NCBI RefSeq assembly: GCF_964213995.1
Contig: NW_027590156.1
Span: 124,001 to 188,000 of the forward strand
DNA: 64,000 nucleotides
Direction: 5' to 3'
DNA from: Mustelus asterias
Taxonomy: Eukaryota
Shown here: in pieces, positions 24,637 through 35,759 of the stretch
How positions within the stretch are numbered: position 1 is the stretch's first letter
Layout: each line of letters begins with the position of its first letter
Notes under the pieces: model-generated
The model's input: only the letters and a program-made list of their open reading frames with translations
Databases searched by the model: none
Told to the model about the DNA's origin: nothing
Translations under genes and position numbers: made by a program

Positions 24637-25410
24637 CAAATACAGAAAGACCTGGACAATATTCAGGTTTGGACTGATAAGTGGAAGCAACGTTCAGGTC
24701 ACACAAGTTCCAGGCAATGACCATCTCCAAAAAGAGAGGACCTGATGAACTTTCCTTGATATTCAAAGGCATTACCATCGCTGAATCCTCCCCCTGCTCT
24801 CCCCTTCCTCTCCCCCACCCCCAACAACATCCTGGGAGTTGACCGAAAACTGAACTGGACCGAGGAATATGAATATCGTGGCTACCGGAGCCGATCAAAG
24901 GTTAGGAATCCTGTGGTGAGTAAATCGCCTCGTGACTCCCGAAAGCCTGTCCACCACCTACAAGGTACATGTCAGGGGTGTAAATGGGATGCTCCCTACT
25001 TGCTGGATCAGTGTAGCTCCAACAACACTCATTAAGCTCGACAAGGTACAGGACAGGGCAGTCCGCGTGATTGCGACCCATTCAATAAACATCTCTTCCA
25101 GTCACCACCGACGAACAGTGGCAGCTGTGTGCAACATCTCCGGATATACTGCAGCAACTCAACAAGGATTTTTAGGCAGCACAATCCGAACACACGACCA
25201 CTGCCATGTAGGAGGACAAGGGCAGCATTCACATGGGAATACCTCAATCTAGCGGTTCCCTTCCAATTTATTCCACATCCTTACTTTGAAATATATCGCT
25301 GTTCCTTCACGGTCAATGGGTCAACACCCTAGACTCCCACAATAACAGCACAGTCGGTGTACCTGCACCTCGGGACCGCAACGCTTCAAGAAGGCAGCTC
25401 ACTACCACAC
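24637..25410 (+). mobile_element. Old CR1/L2-group LINE 3' fragment
   Basis: QKDLDNIQVWTDKW..; LSTTYKVHVRGV..W.SVAPTTL.KLDKVQDRAVRVI. Confidence 0.65.
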
Positions 25411-25469
25411 AATACACCAGGGTCAGCTGTGAGGTTCGATACCTTCGTGTTGCTGGGTGAGCCTCTGTG

Positions 25470-25790
25470 TCCCGGATTTACAATAACAGCCGTGTTGCTG
25501 GGTAAGTCTGTGTGGCAGTTATTCTACATCTCATTTGTTAAATACGGCAACAGATTTTGATCCGTTTTGCATTTCGTTACAGGAACGAGCGCCGAGGAGT
25601 TGATGTCCATGGGCTCATTAGAGTTAACGATGCTGAAAGAACAGCCTGTAATTTTCTGCCATACTAACTCCACTTCTGAGTCCATCCTCAGCTGACGTTT
25701 TTTGTTTACTACATAAATTGCGGTATGGAGATTAGCGTCTCGATTTCCCAAACCGCTTCTCTGACGATCTCAATCAGGACAAAATGCCCG
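25470..25790 (+). pseudogene. Highly degraded V remnant (V6)
   Basis: Leader-like end VLLG with donor GTAAGT at about 25502; acceptor ttacag 25582; GTSAEE..QPVIFC; later LDFPNRFSDDLNQDK resembles SPDFPDRFSAELAQDK of V2; no 3' end or RSS. Confidence 0.5.
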
Positions 25791-25875
25791 GTAAATAGAT
25801 CTGGCTGCCTTCGTGAACCCGGGAACAAACCATTCGCGCAGAAGCAAACCTCGTGGAGCTGTAAATACTCGCTGA

Positions 25876-25914
25876 GGCTTTTGTAAGGCGTTTTAACTGT
25901 AATCTAACGCTGTG
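25876..25914 (-). promoter_or_regulatory. 23-RSS of V7
   Basis: CACAGCG, 23-nt spacer, ACAAAAGCC. Confidence 0.88.
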
Positions 25915-26405
25915 GCTCACTGCACAGTAATAGACCGCCCTGTACTCCACGTTGAGGGCGCTGATAGTGAGGTAACTGTTCCGCTTAGACCTGTCAGCAG
26001 CCGCCAGATATCGTCCTGAAACTTTGTCTTCCTTCATTGTTAATGTTTTGGAAATATTCCATGTCGGTGGCTGTGCCGATTTCTGCTGATACCATTGCAC
26101 GAAGTCCATATTCCTGTCTGTATATTTACAATCTAACTTCACCGAACCCCCTTCTGATGCGGTTATTGGCACCGGTGACTGAGTTACTGGATCTGCGCAC
26201 AGTCCACCTGCGAAGGTAGAGGAAAGAAATATCAAGAGTTAATATAAATTTGTTTGTATCTGCGATAGTTATTGGAACCTCCATTCTACGCATTACATGG
26301 ATATTTCAGATTGTTAGTTAAGTTGCCGTCAATATGTTTATCTGGTTTGATGAACGTCTTCCAGTACTTACTGTGCAAGAGCGTCGCCAGTATGAGCAGA
26401 AACAT
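25915..26405 (-). CDS. TCR alpha/delta-type V segment (V7), apparently intact
   Basis: Leader 26405-26372 MFLLILATLLH with donor GTAAGT; exon 26207-25915 GLCADPVTQSPVPITASEGGSVKLDCKY..VQWYQQKSAQPP..SYLTISALNVEYRAVYYCAVS; both Cys and the Trp present; promoter motifs TGAGTCA 26442-26448 and TGACATCA 26557-26564. Confidence 0.9.
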
Positions 26406-27004
26406 GTCTGACTGAATCCTTCTCAGTGAATGGGAATGGAATGAGTCAGAGATTGAGAAGGAGAGAGGAACCTGGGCTCTGTTCAACTCATTGCAGTGAG
26501 TGTGCGGGTGTGTGTGTGGGTGAGTGGGTGGGGTGGGGGGAGGGGTGTGTCTATTGTGACATCACAAACCTACCATCCATACAGGTTTCAATGATAATAT
26601 CACGTGTGTTTGTGGCGCTCGGGCTTGAATTTAGAGCCGTCAATTGGCAAATGTTTTTTTTTTATTGCACGCTCGGATTTTCCTGCTGATTTGATTCAGG
26701 GTTTACATATACCAAGACACAAACGCTGCTCAGATATCTGAATTGGAGTTCTTTAGATACTGACTTCGTTACTGTTGATATGCATTTGGGAAAACGATGC
26801 GAAATCTGCGGAAATCATTGCTAGAGTTCTCTGTTCAAATACTGGCGACGACGCAGTCGAGAGAACGCCAAGTCTTTGGAGTAAATAAGGAGGTTATAAA
26901 TCAGAATAGCGCCAGGGATTACCAGACTAATTTAGTTTCTTTATTTTATAAGCAAGAAGGTACAAAAGCGACTTAATTGATTTGTTCAGAATGTTCCCCT
27001 CTTC

Positions 27005-27312
27005 GGGGAGTAAAACGTCGTGTTATAGATACATTGTAAGTCACCGCTTCTCCTTCTGTCCGAACTGCTGAGGACATCGGCTGAGTGACAGAATCTCCAT
27101 GACGCATATATGGAAAAGGGTTCTCTTTGTCCGGAGGAGGTGGACTCATAGCAAAAAAGATTCTCCACCCCGGGTGCAGGCTAAACTTTGAATAAAGGGC
27201 ATAAAGCCAATCGAGTTGGAATTCACGACCGGAAATTGTTGAACACAAACTTGAGTCCCGAAGACTCACAGGTGGTCGAAAGTTGCACTTTGTAGTTCCA
27301 TGTCACCCCCAT
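27005..27312 (-). pseudogene. 5' V fragment (V8)
   Basis: Leader-like exon 27312-27270 with GTGAG donor; mutated acceptor; MRHGDSVTQPMSSAVRTEGEAVT/QCIYNTT, then truncated. Confidence 0.7.
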
Positions 27313-28494
27313 CAGAGCGCAGTGAGATACCGTGTTGGGTTCGGTATCGGGGCGAATTCCAGACTCTCAACCACGGCCAATAACAATATTGAGAGAATGC
27401 AACTAAAAGAGCAAAAGTCCAAACAGAAATATTTTATTAGCATTGATAGCAAACTTATATTGCTTCACGAGATATATTATTATGGTTGCCAGAGTTGTGA
27501 ATCTTTAGAAACTCTCTGGGAACCGTAATCAGAGGAGATTGAAGGGTGAACTGTCTGAATGAGCAGAGCCAGTCAAGGCACCTTTCCCTTCTTTATGACG
27601 CTATAACATTGACTCTGATGTCAGCAGTGAAAGTAACTGATTGGAGATATTGGAAGTATTCTCGTTACAGGACAAGAGGAATTCAAACCTAATATCAGCT
27701 TCGGGACTGTCCAATTATTTGGTTACAGACAAGAAACCGAAAGGCTTGAAGGGAGACGGCGCCGGTTGTAGGAGAGCTAATTCCCGGTGACATGCATGTG
27801 TCTGCAATGGGTGTTCTGCGACTATTAGCCTTAAATTGTGTCTGCTTCTAACCCATTAGAAAGCCATTCAATGATTCCATTCTACCAAACCTATTAATTA
27901 TTCTCTCTTCCTCATTCTACAGCGAGTGAGACAGGGAAAAGCAGCAATATTCCAGCCCCCACTGTCCAAACCCCCAGCCAGCAGAAAACACTGGATATTT
28001 TGCTCTGTGTGTTTTCTCAGAAATGGTGAAGAGCAAATATTCAATATTTTGATTGATACCCCGTTCCGTTCTCATTCAACAATAAACTTGAATTCGGAAA
28101 CATCGGAGCAGTGAGTTTTGATAATGTTCCTGCCCCGTGACAGTGACAGTGATTTTTCCAATCAGCTGACCATCGTCATTTTAGCCATTGTCTTCCTTCA
28201 GGTCCGCCACCCGAAAGACATGTTCCTCATTTTAAAAAAATCTCCGTTTAATTCCAGATTTGTTACATGCCAGTGAGCCCATTGTCCTGAAAACAATGTC
28301 TCTGAACCATTGGACCACCCGGGCTCCGCCATCACCAGCTCAGTGTTGCCTTTTCCATCATTCCTTGCGTCAGATAATCCAACCTCCCTTGTTGTCTGTG
28401 ACGAACCTTATTTTCCTGCTGGCCCATCTCCACGGATTCTGAAATATTTCAGTATCAATACAAGAAAAGGACATGATTGCCTTGTCTACCATGT

Positions 28495-28576
28495 GGTAGT
28501 GTGGCCGAGCGGTCTAAGGCGCAGGGTTTGGGTTCTAATATCTCTGGGGGCGTGGGTGCGGATCCCACTGCTACCA
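28495..28576 (+). pseudogene. tRNA-Leu pseudogene
   Basis: Paralog of 34018-34099 with disrupted anticodon arm and T-loop. Confidence 0.8.
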
Positions 28577-28633
28577 GAATTGATTTCAATTTTTGTCCTT
28601 GCAGTTGAATGCAGGAGTGTGTGCAGTGTGTTT

Positions 28634-28870
28634 TTGACAGACGCCTTCGTCAGAACAGGATGTGGCTCTCGACTCATCGATCGACAGTTCCGACGCGCCA
28701 CAGCGAAAGACCACACCGATCTCCTCAGAAGACAAACACGGGCCACGGCCGACAGAGTGCCCTTCGTCGTCTAGTACTTCCGTGGAGTGGAGGAGCTACA
28801 ACATCTTCTTCGGAGCCTTTAACATGCCATTGATGAATACGAACATCTCGCCAAGGCCATCCCCACACCC
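28634..28870 (+). mobile_element. Penelope-like fragment
   Basis: TDAFVRTG..LIDRQFRRATAK..DRVPFVV; same position relative to tRNA-Leu as the copy at 34175. Confidence 0.75.
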
Positions 28871-29113
28871 GCAAAACCAGACAGCAATATTTCCAAATGC
28901 CATTCAATACAGAGTGAGGGAAAAGTTTCATAATTTATGTTTTTGCTAAATGTTAACTGATATGCTAAGTATTTCCAGCATTTTCTGATTGCAAAGTCAG
29001 GAGTCACTCGGTAAAAACAACAAAAGTGAATGTCTGTAGCAGAGAGCAAGGTAGGATGGATCAACGGACAAAGGAATGATGGACAAGGCAATATTGAGCA
29101 GGTGATGCTGGAT

Positions 29114-29178
29114 GCCGGGTGGTCTAGTTTTTCAGAGTGAAGGCTTTCACCGCCAGGGCCCAGGCTCAATGACTGGGG
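29114..29178 (+). pseudogene. tRNA-Glu(TTC)-derived pseudogene
   Basis: GGTGGTCTAG...GCTTTCACCGCC remnant; other Glu remnants at about 28260-28325, 29914-29974, 33590-33660, 39715-39760, 46063-46133. Confidence 0.55.
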
Positions 29179-30327
29179 ACAAATTGTGAAAATAGAATTT
29201 GTTATGAAAATATTGTCTCTTTCTCATTCCTGATCAACTAATCACAACTGCTGTTTAAAAGCAGCACGCCAGGACGAATAACCTCTTCCTGTGCTGTAAT
29301 GTTCTATAATTGTTTCATTTTCATCCACACTGCTGCTGCATTTAAAGTTTAGTAGTTTATTTTATTATTGCCACAAGTAGACTTACATTAACAGTGCATG
29401 AAGATACTGTCAACATCCCCGAGTCACCTCACTCCGGCGCCTGTTCGTGTACACTGAGGGAGAATTTAGCATGGCCAATGCACCTTTCCAGCAAGTCTTC
29501 GGGCCGTGTGGAAGGAGTGGAGCAAGTGAGTGTGGATGCTGGAATTGGAAACAAAAAGGGAAAATGCTGGAAAATCTCAGCATGTCTGGCAACATCTGTA
29601 AGAAGAGAAGAGAGCTAACGTTCCGAGTCCAGATCACCCTTTGTCAAAACTGGGCGGAGTGGAGTTGCTCCGATAGAGAATACAAACGGGAACACAGGCT
29701 GAATGGTTGTCTGCTGATATAAACAACAGATCGCAAACCTTGAGTCTGCAGTCCCGGCCCAGGGGATAGATTGGGACTTTCTAACTGAGGCTCAAATCCT
29801 GTCATGTCCGCTTCCCGTCATTCCTCATTGTGACTTATTTTTATTGAAAGTTATTCAAAATAAAGCAATGAATACAGAGATGATCAACTCATTGCAAATC
29901 TCTCACATCAGCGTCACTGAGGGTCTAGTGATCAGGATCGGCGCCGTGACGCGGTTTCGATTCCCAGTCACGGAGTGAATAACTTTTTGTTCAATTCTTC
30001 ATTTCATGAAAACACGCCTCAGAGCGTCTGTGAAGGGAGCAACATCTAAATCTTTCAGCCGGATGAACTTGCATCTCAGTTGGAAAAGTCAGAGATGTAA
30101 CACTAACGATAAACTCTGAAGAAGATTCACATGACACGCACAACATACATGTCAGATACACACACAGCACACATGTCAAATCATGTCACTTTCAAGTTCC
30201 GTCTTTTAACCTCCTGCTCTCCACCTCAGACATTTCCACATTCATCAAAAATCTCCAACCTCAAACCCCATCCTGTTCCTTAATCCATTGATAATGCTAC
30301 CCGTACCGCAAGCACTTTGCAGCATTT

Positions 30328-30400
30328 GGCTCCATAGCTCAGTGCTTGGAGCACTGGTCTTATAAACCAGGAGTCGCGAGTTCAATTCTCACTGGAGCCT
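30328..30400 (+). tRNA. tRNA-Thr(TGT)-body gene carrying anticodon TAT, probably a pseudogene
   Basis: GGCTCCATAGCTCAGTGCTTGGAGCACTGGTCTTATAAACCAGGAGTCGCGAGTTCAATTCTCACTGGAGCCT; D-loop and T-stem mismatches. Confidence 0.75.
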
Positions 30401-30649
30401 GCCGACAAAACTTTGCTAATATGAGCTGTCGGGAAAAGGCAGATCGAATGGGAGGCAAAACAGAGTGCTTTTATGGGTCAAGGGGCAGATTGGGTGCAAC
30501 TTTGGAAAACAAAAACATATTCTCATTCGTGAAAAAATAGAAAGAGCAGAACATACTTGACGAGCTAAAAAATGTAAATATTGATATTAAGAATAGAATA
30601 GATGCGTTTGTACTCGGAATGCATGAAGGTGAAGCAGATAATTGGAAGG

Positions 30650-31260
30650 GAAATTACATTTTGGTCTTTCTTGCCGGCAGACTGGAGTTCAAGAATAACA
30701 AGGTGTTTCTGCTGTTGCATTGGGTTTTGTTGAGACCAGGTTGAATATTCTGTGCAGATGTGATAGTCACATTTAAAAAGGGATATGCTTGCATTGGAAG
30801 CGGTAAAGAGAAGTTTCACCAGATTGCTCCCTGGGGTGAGGGAGTTGTCCTGTGATGAAATTCTCTGGAGTATAGAAGAATAAGAGGCGATCTATTTAAA
30901 CCTACACAGTTCTGATTAGGTTTGACAGGATGGAGACTGAGATATTGTTTTTTCTGCTGGTCAGGAATCTAACCCACTGCGGCACAGATAAGGGGCTGCT
31001 CATTTAGTGCGAAGATAAGGAGCAATTACTTCACTCAAAGGGCGAGAATCTTTGGCATTCTCTGTACCTGACAGTTATGTATGCCCCCTCATCGAGCACA
31101 TTTAACGTTGGGATAAACATGGTTCTGATCTCTTGAAGAATTTAGCGATATGGGGAGCTGGTGGAAAAACAAAGTTGCAGCCCAACATCAGCCATGATGG
31201 TATTGAATGGTGGAAATCTCGATGGACCGAGTGGTCTGCTCCTCCTCCTATGATTCATGT
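30650..31260 (+). mobile_element. Old CR1 3' fragment
   Basis: LRPG*IFCA..LALEAVKRSFTRLLP remnant plus CR1-type 3' UTR. Confidence 0.65.
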
Positions 31261-32301
31261 TAGAATAAAAACAGAAAGGACTGGAAGTTCTCAGGAGGGC
31301 TTGCAACAAATGTCGAGCAAAACAGAGAGTTAAGTTTCCGAATTCAATATGACTCTTTTCAAACCAGTAGCCAAGTGTGAGTTATAACAACTAGCACAAG
31401 GTCCAGACTGCGAATTGAATTGGATCCAGGCAGCCTTGAATTTAAACTGCTGCAGGATTTATGTTGGAAAATTGTTCAGGAAAGTGAGCTGCCAACTGAA
31501 AGTTTGGAGGTTTGAGAGCACCCCGAGCCAAATAGACTCCCTCTATTTCTGTTTCTACTTATATTCCGACATAGATATTCTTTGTATCCTTCTGCAATAG
31601 GGAAATATTGTCCAAACTTTGCCAGTCTTGCTAATATTCGCTAAATTGTCATACAAATCGATCGATGAATATTCATTTCAAATAAAACGAGATACATTAG
31701 GTCATGCTGTTGTATATTTCCAACCTATTAGAAATATGGGATTCACAGTAACTGAGAGAAATTGATGCTGTAGTTGCAGATATAGAACTGGAACGCACCA
31801 TCACACCGAGTGAATCCACTGTCTGTTTAAATGTTGATCAGTGAAAATTTCAATCATCCTCTGCTGTGTAACACACGGCCACTGAGTCAATGAGCAATAG
31901 CCAGTCAAAAAAATCCTGTATCAGTCAATCTTTCTCGCAACTTTCAAACATGTTGTTATTCTCTGTACCATTTGCCATTGAGGTATATGAAGAAGTGAAC
32001 GCAGTTTGTGATGGTAAAAGATGTGTTCATCCCTTCTGGGAAATGAATCACATTGATGCACAGAGGAACACACACCGACACCGAGAGTCACAGAGGGGTG
32101 ACGAGACACAAACACATGTCACAAACTGGGTTCAGTTTTGTTCCATTTCTGGCTGGGGTTTTGGTGAATTCTCGCTGATGAACAGAAATGAAGGAACGTG
32201 GAAGTGAAACAGGAAAAACAGATGGGAATATTTGAAAGATTTTGATTCCATTGAACGAATAATTAATCCTGCTGTCACCTAAAGGAATGAATGCGGAGCA
32301 G

Positions 32302-32379
32302 CGCAGTGGGTGAGGATCAAATCTTCGTGAGAAAACAGCAATTTCAAATCCACCGCCTGAGCCGCTTGGCCACCACTGC
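32302..32379 (-). pseudogene. tRNA-Ser(TGA) pseudogene
   Basis: GCAGTGGTGGCCAAGCGGCTCAGGCGGTGGATTTGAAAT...; a degenerate Leu copy follows at about 32542-32622. Confidence 0.6.
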
Positions 32380-32911
32380 AACCGGTGTCAATGTGTTAGT
32401 GTTACTCATATTAAATCATTGAATAGTGACAGCAACAAAAGGGAACATTCGGTCCCAGGAGGTCACGCTGCACCTTTCATCCCTCTTTTTTCTTCCTTAC
32501 AAAATGCCACACGCCGAACAGACAAACAAGCTGCACATTTTGGCAGTGGTGGCATTTAAACCCACAACTTTTGAGATATTGAAGCTTTGATTTAGCAACT
32601 AAAACCATTCGGCCCCACTGCTAGTCGAAGCCACGTGCTAACTGTTGCGCAGAGTGATATCTGCAACGGATTAGAATATAATTGGGATTTTGGATGGAAT
32701 ATTTCGCCCCTTAAGCCCCTCACAATATTTTGGAATCATAGCCAAACACTTGTTTTCCATCTGTTACATTTCTGACTTTTCCAGCTCTGATGAAAGATCC
32801 AGATGCAAGATTAGCTTTGTTTCTCACTCCACAGACGCTGCCAGATCTGGTTTCATTCAATGAAGGTTTCCTTTTCATGGTGTGAGTTCACACAGCAACA
32901 CAAACGAATTA

Positions 32912-32983
32912 CTCTCTGGCTGGGGATTGAATCCAGTCCATAGTGATGAAAGTGCCAAATCCAAACCACTGGTCCAGCAGGGA
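32912..32983 (-). pseudogene. tRNA-Glu(TTC) pseudogene
   Basis: TCCCTGCTGGACCAGTGGTTTGGATTTGGCACTTTCATCAC...GATTCAATCCCC. Confidence 0.65.
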
Positions 32984-34017
32984 AGCTGACAGTGACTTTC
33001 CCAATCAGCGGATCATCGTCATTTTAGCCATTCTCTTCCTTCCCTTCCGTCACACAATAGACAGGTTCCTCATTTTTGAAAAACAATACTCTGCTTCTTA
33101 CCACATTTGCCACCTGCCATCGAGCCCATGGTCGTGAAAACGATGACTTTGCACCATTGGAATACCCGAGTTCCACCATCACCAGCTCAATGTTGCCTTG
33201 TCTATCATTCCTTGTGTCAAATAATACATCCTCCTTTGTTTTCTGTGCCGAACCTCACCTTCTGTCCTTTTTATTGAGTGGCCCCTGACTTAGCAATTAG
33301 AAAATGCAGGGGAAACCCATCAGACTAATTAAAATGTGCAAATATATGAATAAAATAACTTTTCCCTCAGTCTGCAATGAAAATGATTTGGAAAAAAAAA
33401 TCTGCCCAGTTTCATACCGTGGGAGGCGGACGCGATAACTGTCGTAGAATTATTCCTGTAATTGGCTGAACACTTCTCTGGTGTTGAAACGGAAGGTGCC
33501 ATTTTGCAGGAGAAGTTCGTGGTGCAAGTGGTCTGGCGTGGAAATTAAAATAACAAAAGGATCGTGGGCAAAGCAAATAGCAAAACACGCTGCAACCTGT
33601 TGGTCTGATGGTTAGAATTTGAAACTTTCACTGCTGTTTTGATTGCAGGTCAGGAAATGAAGATTTATTGCTCTCCTCCAAGCCGTGAGAACAAATATCA
33701 GTTATTTCCCGGCAGAAGGCACAAATGCCAGTCTCGCCTTGTGTCCTGTCCTTTCTCAAGTGAAGACCCTGAGCAAATTCAACAGGAAGCCATATTGTCC
33801 TTTCTGGGAGCCAGACGAGCTTAAGGACAGTTTAAATGGAGCCGGCCCTTCACTGCAGCTCATTGTGTTTCTGACTGGAGATGATTTTTGTTTGCTACAC
33901 ATTTCAGGATCATCTGATTCGGTTACGATTTCGTCAGGGCCCATCCCAACTCCACGGGTTTTGATATATTTCAGTATTAATGCAATGGAACGACATGATA
34001 AGGGCACTTTCTTGTGT

Positions 34018-34099
34018 GGTAGCGTGGCCGAGCGGTCTAAGGCGCTGGATTTAGGCTCCAGTCTCTCTCGAGGCGTGGGTTCGAATCCCACCGCTGCCA
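34018..34099 (+). tRNA. tRNA-Leu(TAG), intact
   Basis: GGTAGCGTGGCCGAGCGGTCTAAGGCGCTGGATTTAGGCTCCAGTCTCTCTCGAGGCGTGGGTTCGAATCCCACCGCTGCCA; TTTTT terminator just downstream. Confidence 0.93.
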
Positions 34100-34174
34100 G
34101 AGTTGATGCAAGTTTTTGTCCTTGGAGCTGAAGTCCAACAGCTCAGGTTGAACGTCGGAATCTGAGCGGTGTCG

Positions 34175-35420
34175 TTTTTGACAGACGCCCTTGCGAGAAC
34201 AGGATATTGCGCTTGACTAATCGATCGACAGTTCCGACAAAAAAAAAAATTGCCCCTTCGAGTCCTGGGATGTGTCGGTTAGAGAGATTAGCGGGTAAAT
34301 ATGTGGGGGTAGGGCCTGGGTGGGATTGTGGTCGGTGCAGACTGGATGGGCCGAATGGCCTCCTTCCGCACTGTAGGGTTTCTATGATTTCTATGACACG
34401 CCACAGCAAAAACACGCACCGACCTCCTCAGAAGACAAGTACGGGACACAGCCCTCAGAGTGCCCTTCCTCCTCCAGTACGTCCCCAGAGGGCAGAAGCC
34501 AAGACATCTTCGGAGTGGAGAAGCTATGACATCTTGTTCGGAGCCTTCAGCGTACAATCGATGAAGACGAATATCACGCGAAGGCCATCTCCACGCCCCC
34601 ACTACTTGCCTTCAAAAAACAGAGCAACCTTAAACAGGCCATTGTTCGCAGAAAACTACCCAGCCTTCAAGAGAACAGCGACCACGACACCACACAACCC
34701 TGCCACGGCAACCTCTGTAAGATGTGTTGGATCATCGACCCGGATGCCACCATCACACGTGAGAACAGAATCCACCAGGTAGACGATCCATACACATGCA
34801 ACTCGGCCAACGTTGTCTCCCTCATACGCTGCAGGAAAGGATATCCCGAAGCATGGTACATCGCCGAGACCATGCAGACGCTACGACAACAGATGAATGG
34901 ACACCGCTCGACAATCACCCGGTAAGAATATTCCCTTCCTGTCGGGGAACACTTAAGCAGTCAAGGGCATTCAACCACCGATCTTCGGGTAAGCGGTCTC
35001 CAAGGCGGCCTTCAAGACGCACGACAACGCAGAATCGCTGAGCAGAAACTGATAGCCAAATTCCATACATGAGAACGGCCTCAACCGGGACCTTGCGGTC
35101 ATGTCACACGACTTGTAACCCCCACCATTTGACCTGGTCTTGCAATATCCTACCAACTGGCCTGGCGTGAGCCAATTCACACCGCTTTAACCTGTCATTG
35201 TCCCCCTCTCCACTCGCATTGTCTGTACCTGTAAAGACTTGATTCGCTGTTAAGACACGCATTCCAACCATTATCTTGCAATTGAGTCTGTGTCTTTCTA
35301 TGCCCTGTTTCTAAACCCAACTCTCCACTCACCTGATGAAGGAGCAGTACTCCGAAAGCTCGTGCGACCACGTAAACTGATTGGACTTGAACCTAGTGTT
35401 GCGAGACTTCTTACTGTGAG
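34175..35420 (+). mobile_element. Penelope-like element 3' part with pLTR; nested SINE at about 34250-34395
   Basis: YTCNSANVV.LIRCRKG.PEAWYIAETMQTLRQQMNGHR GIY-YIG motif; hammerhead motif at 35330-35364. Confidence 0.88.
35330..35364 (+). ncRNA. Minimal type I hammerhead ribozyme motif (Penelope pLTR)
   Basis: CAC-CTGATGA-A-GGAG-cagta-CTCC-GAAAGCTC-GTG. Confidence 0.7.
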
Positions 35421-35569
35421 GGAGATCAACAATGATTTTACTGAATCACGGAACAGGCCCTAATGAAGGAGCAAATGGTTCATTGCAACACCTCTTCCCT
35501 ATTCTCTGATGTTCTTCTGTTCAGCTCATTGTTCTGAGAATAGATTCAAATTGTTCCTGCTCCTCTCTC

Positions 35570-35755
35570 TGACGTCATGAATTGAAGAATGAAGACACTC
35601 GGAGCTGATTGGGTGAAATATAGGATAAAGGAGCTGTGAGCTGATTGGGTGTCTCCTGCTGGATAGGAATGAACCTCTCACCATTGGGGCCGGATATTAC
35701 TCAACATTTTCTGAACTTTGAGCTAAAACAATTGAGCTTTAACTCATTGAGTTCC
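35570..35755 (+). promoter_or_regulatory. Orphan V-gene promoter homologous to that of V3
   Basis: TGACGTCA 35570-35577, ATTGG boxes and TTCTGAACT.TGA.CTAAAAC.ATTGAGCT collinear with 14180-14355; no leader or V follows. Confidence 0.7.
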
Positions 35756-35759
35756 CTTG

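Noticed and set aside
9420-27312. IgH, IgL or NAR-TCR identity for the V segments
   Set aside because: No octamer promoters noticed, no adjacent D/J with 12-RSS, and the motifs fit TCR alpha/delta better; a phylogeny is still needed
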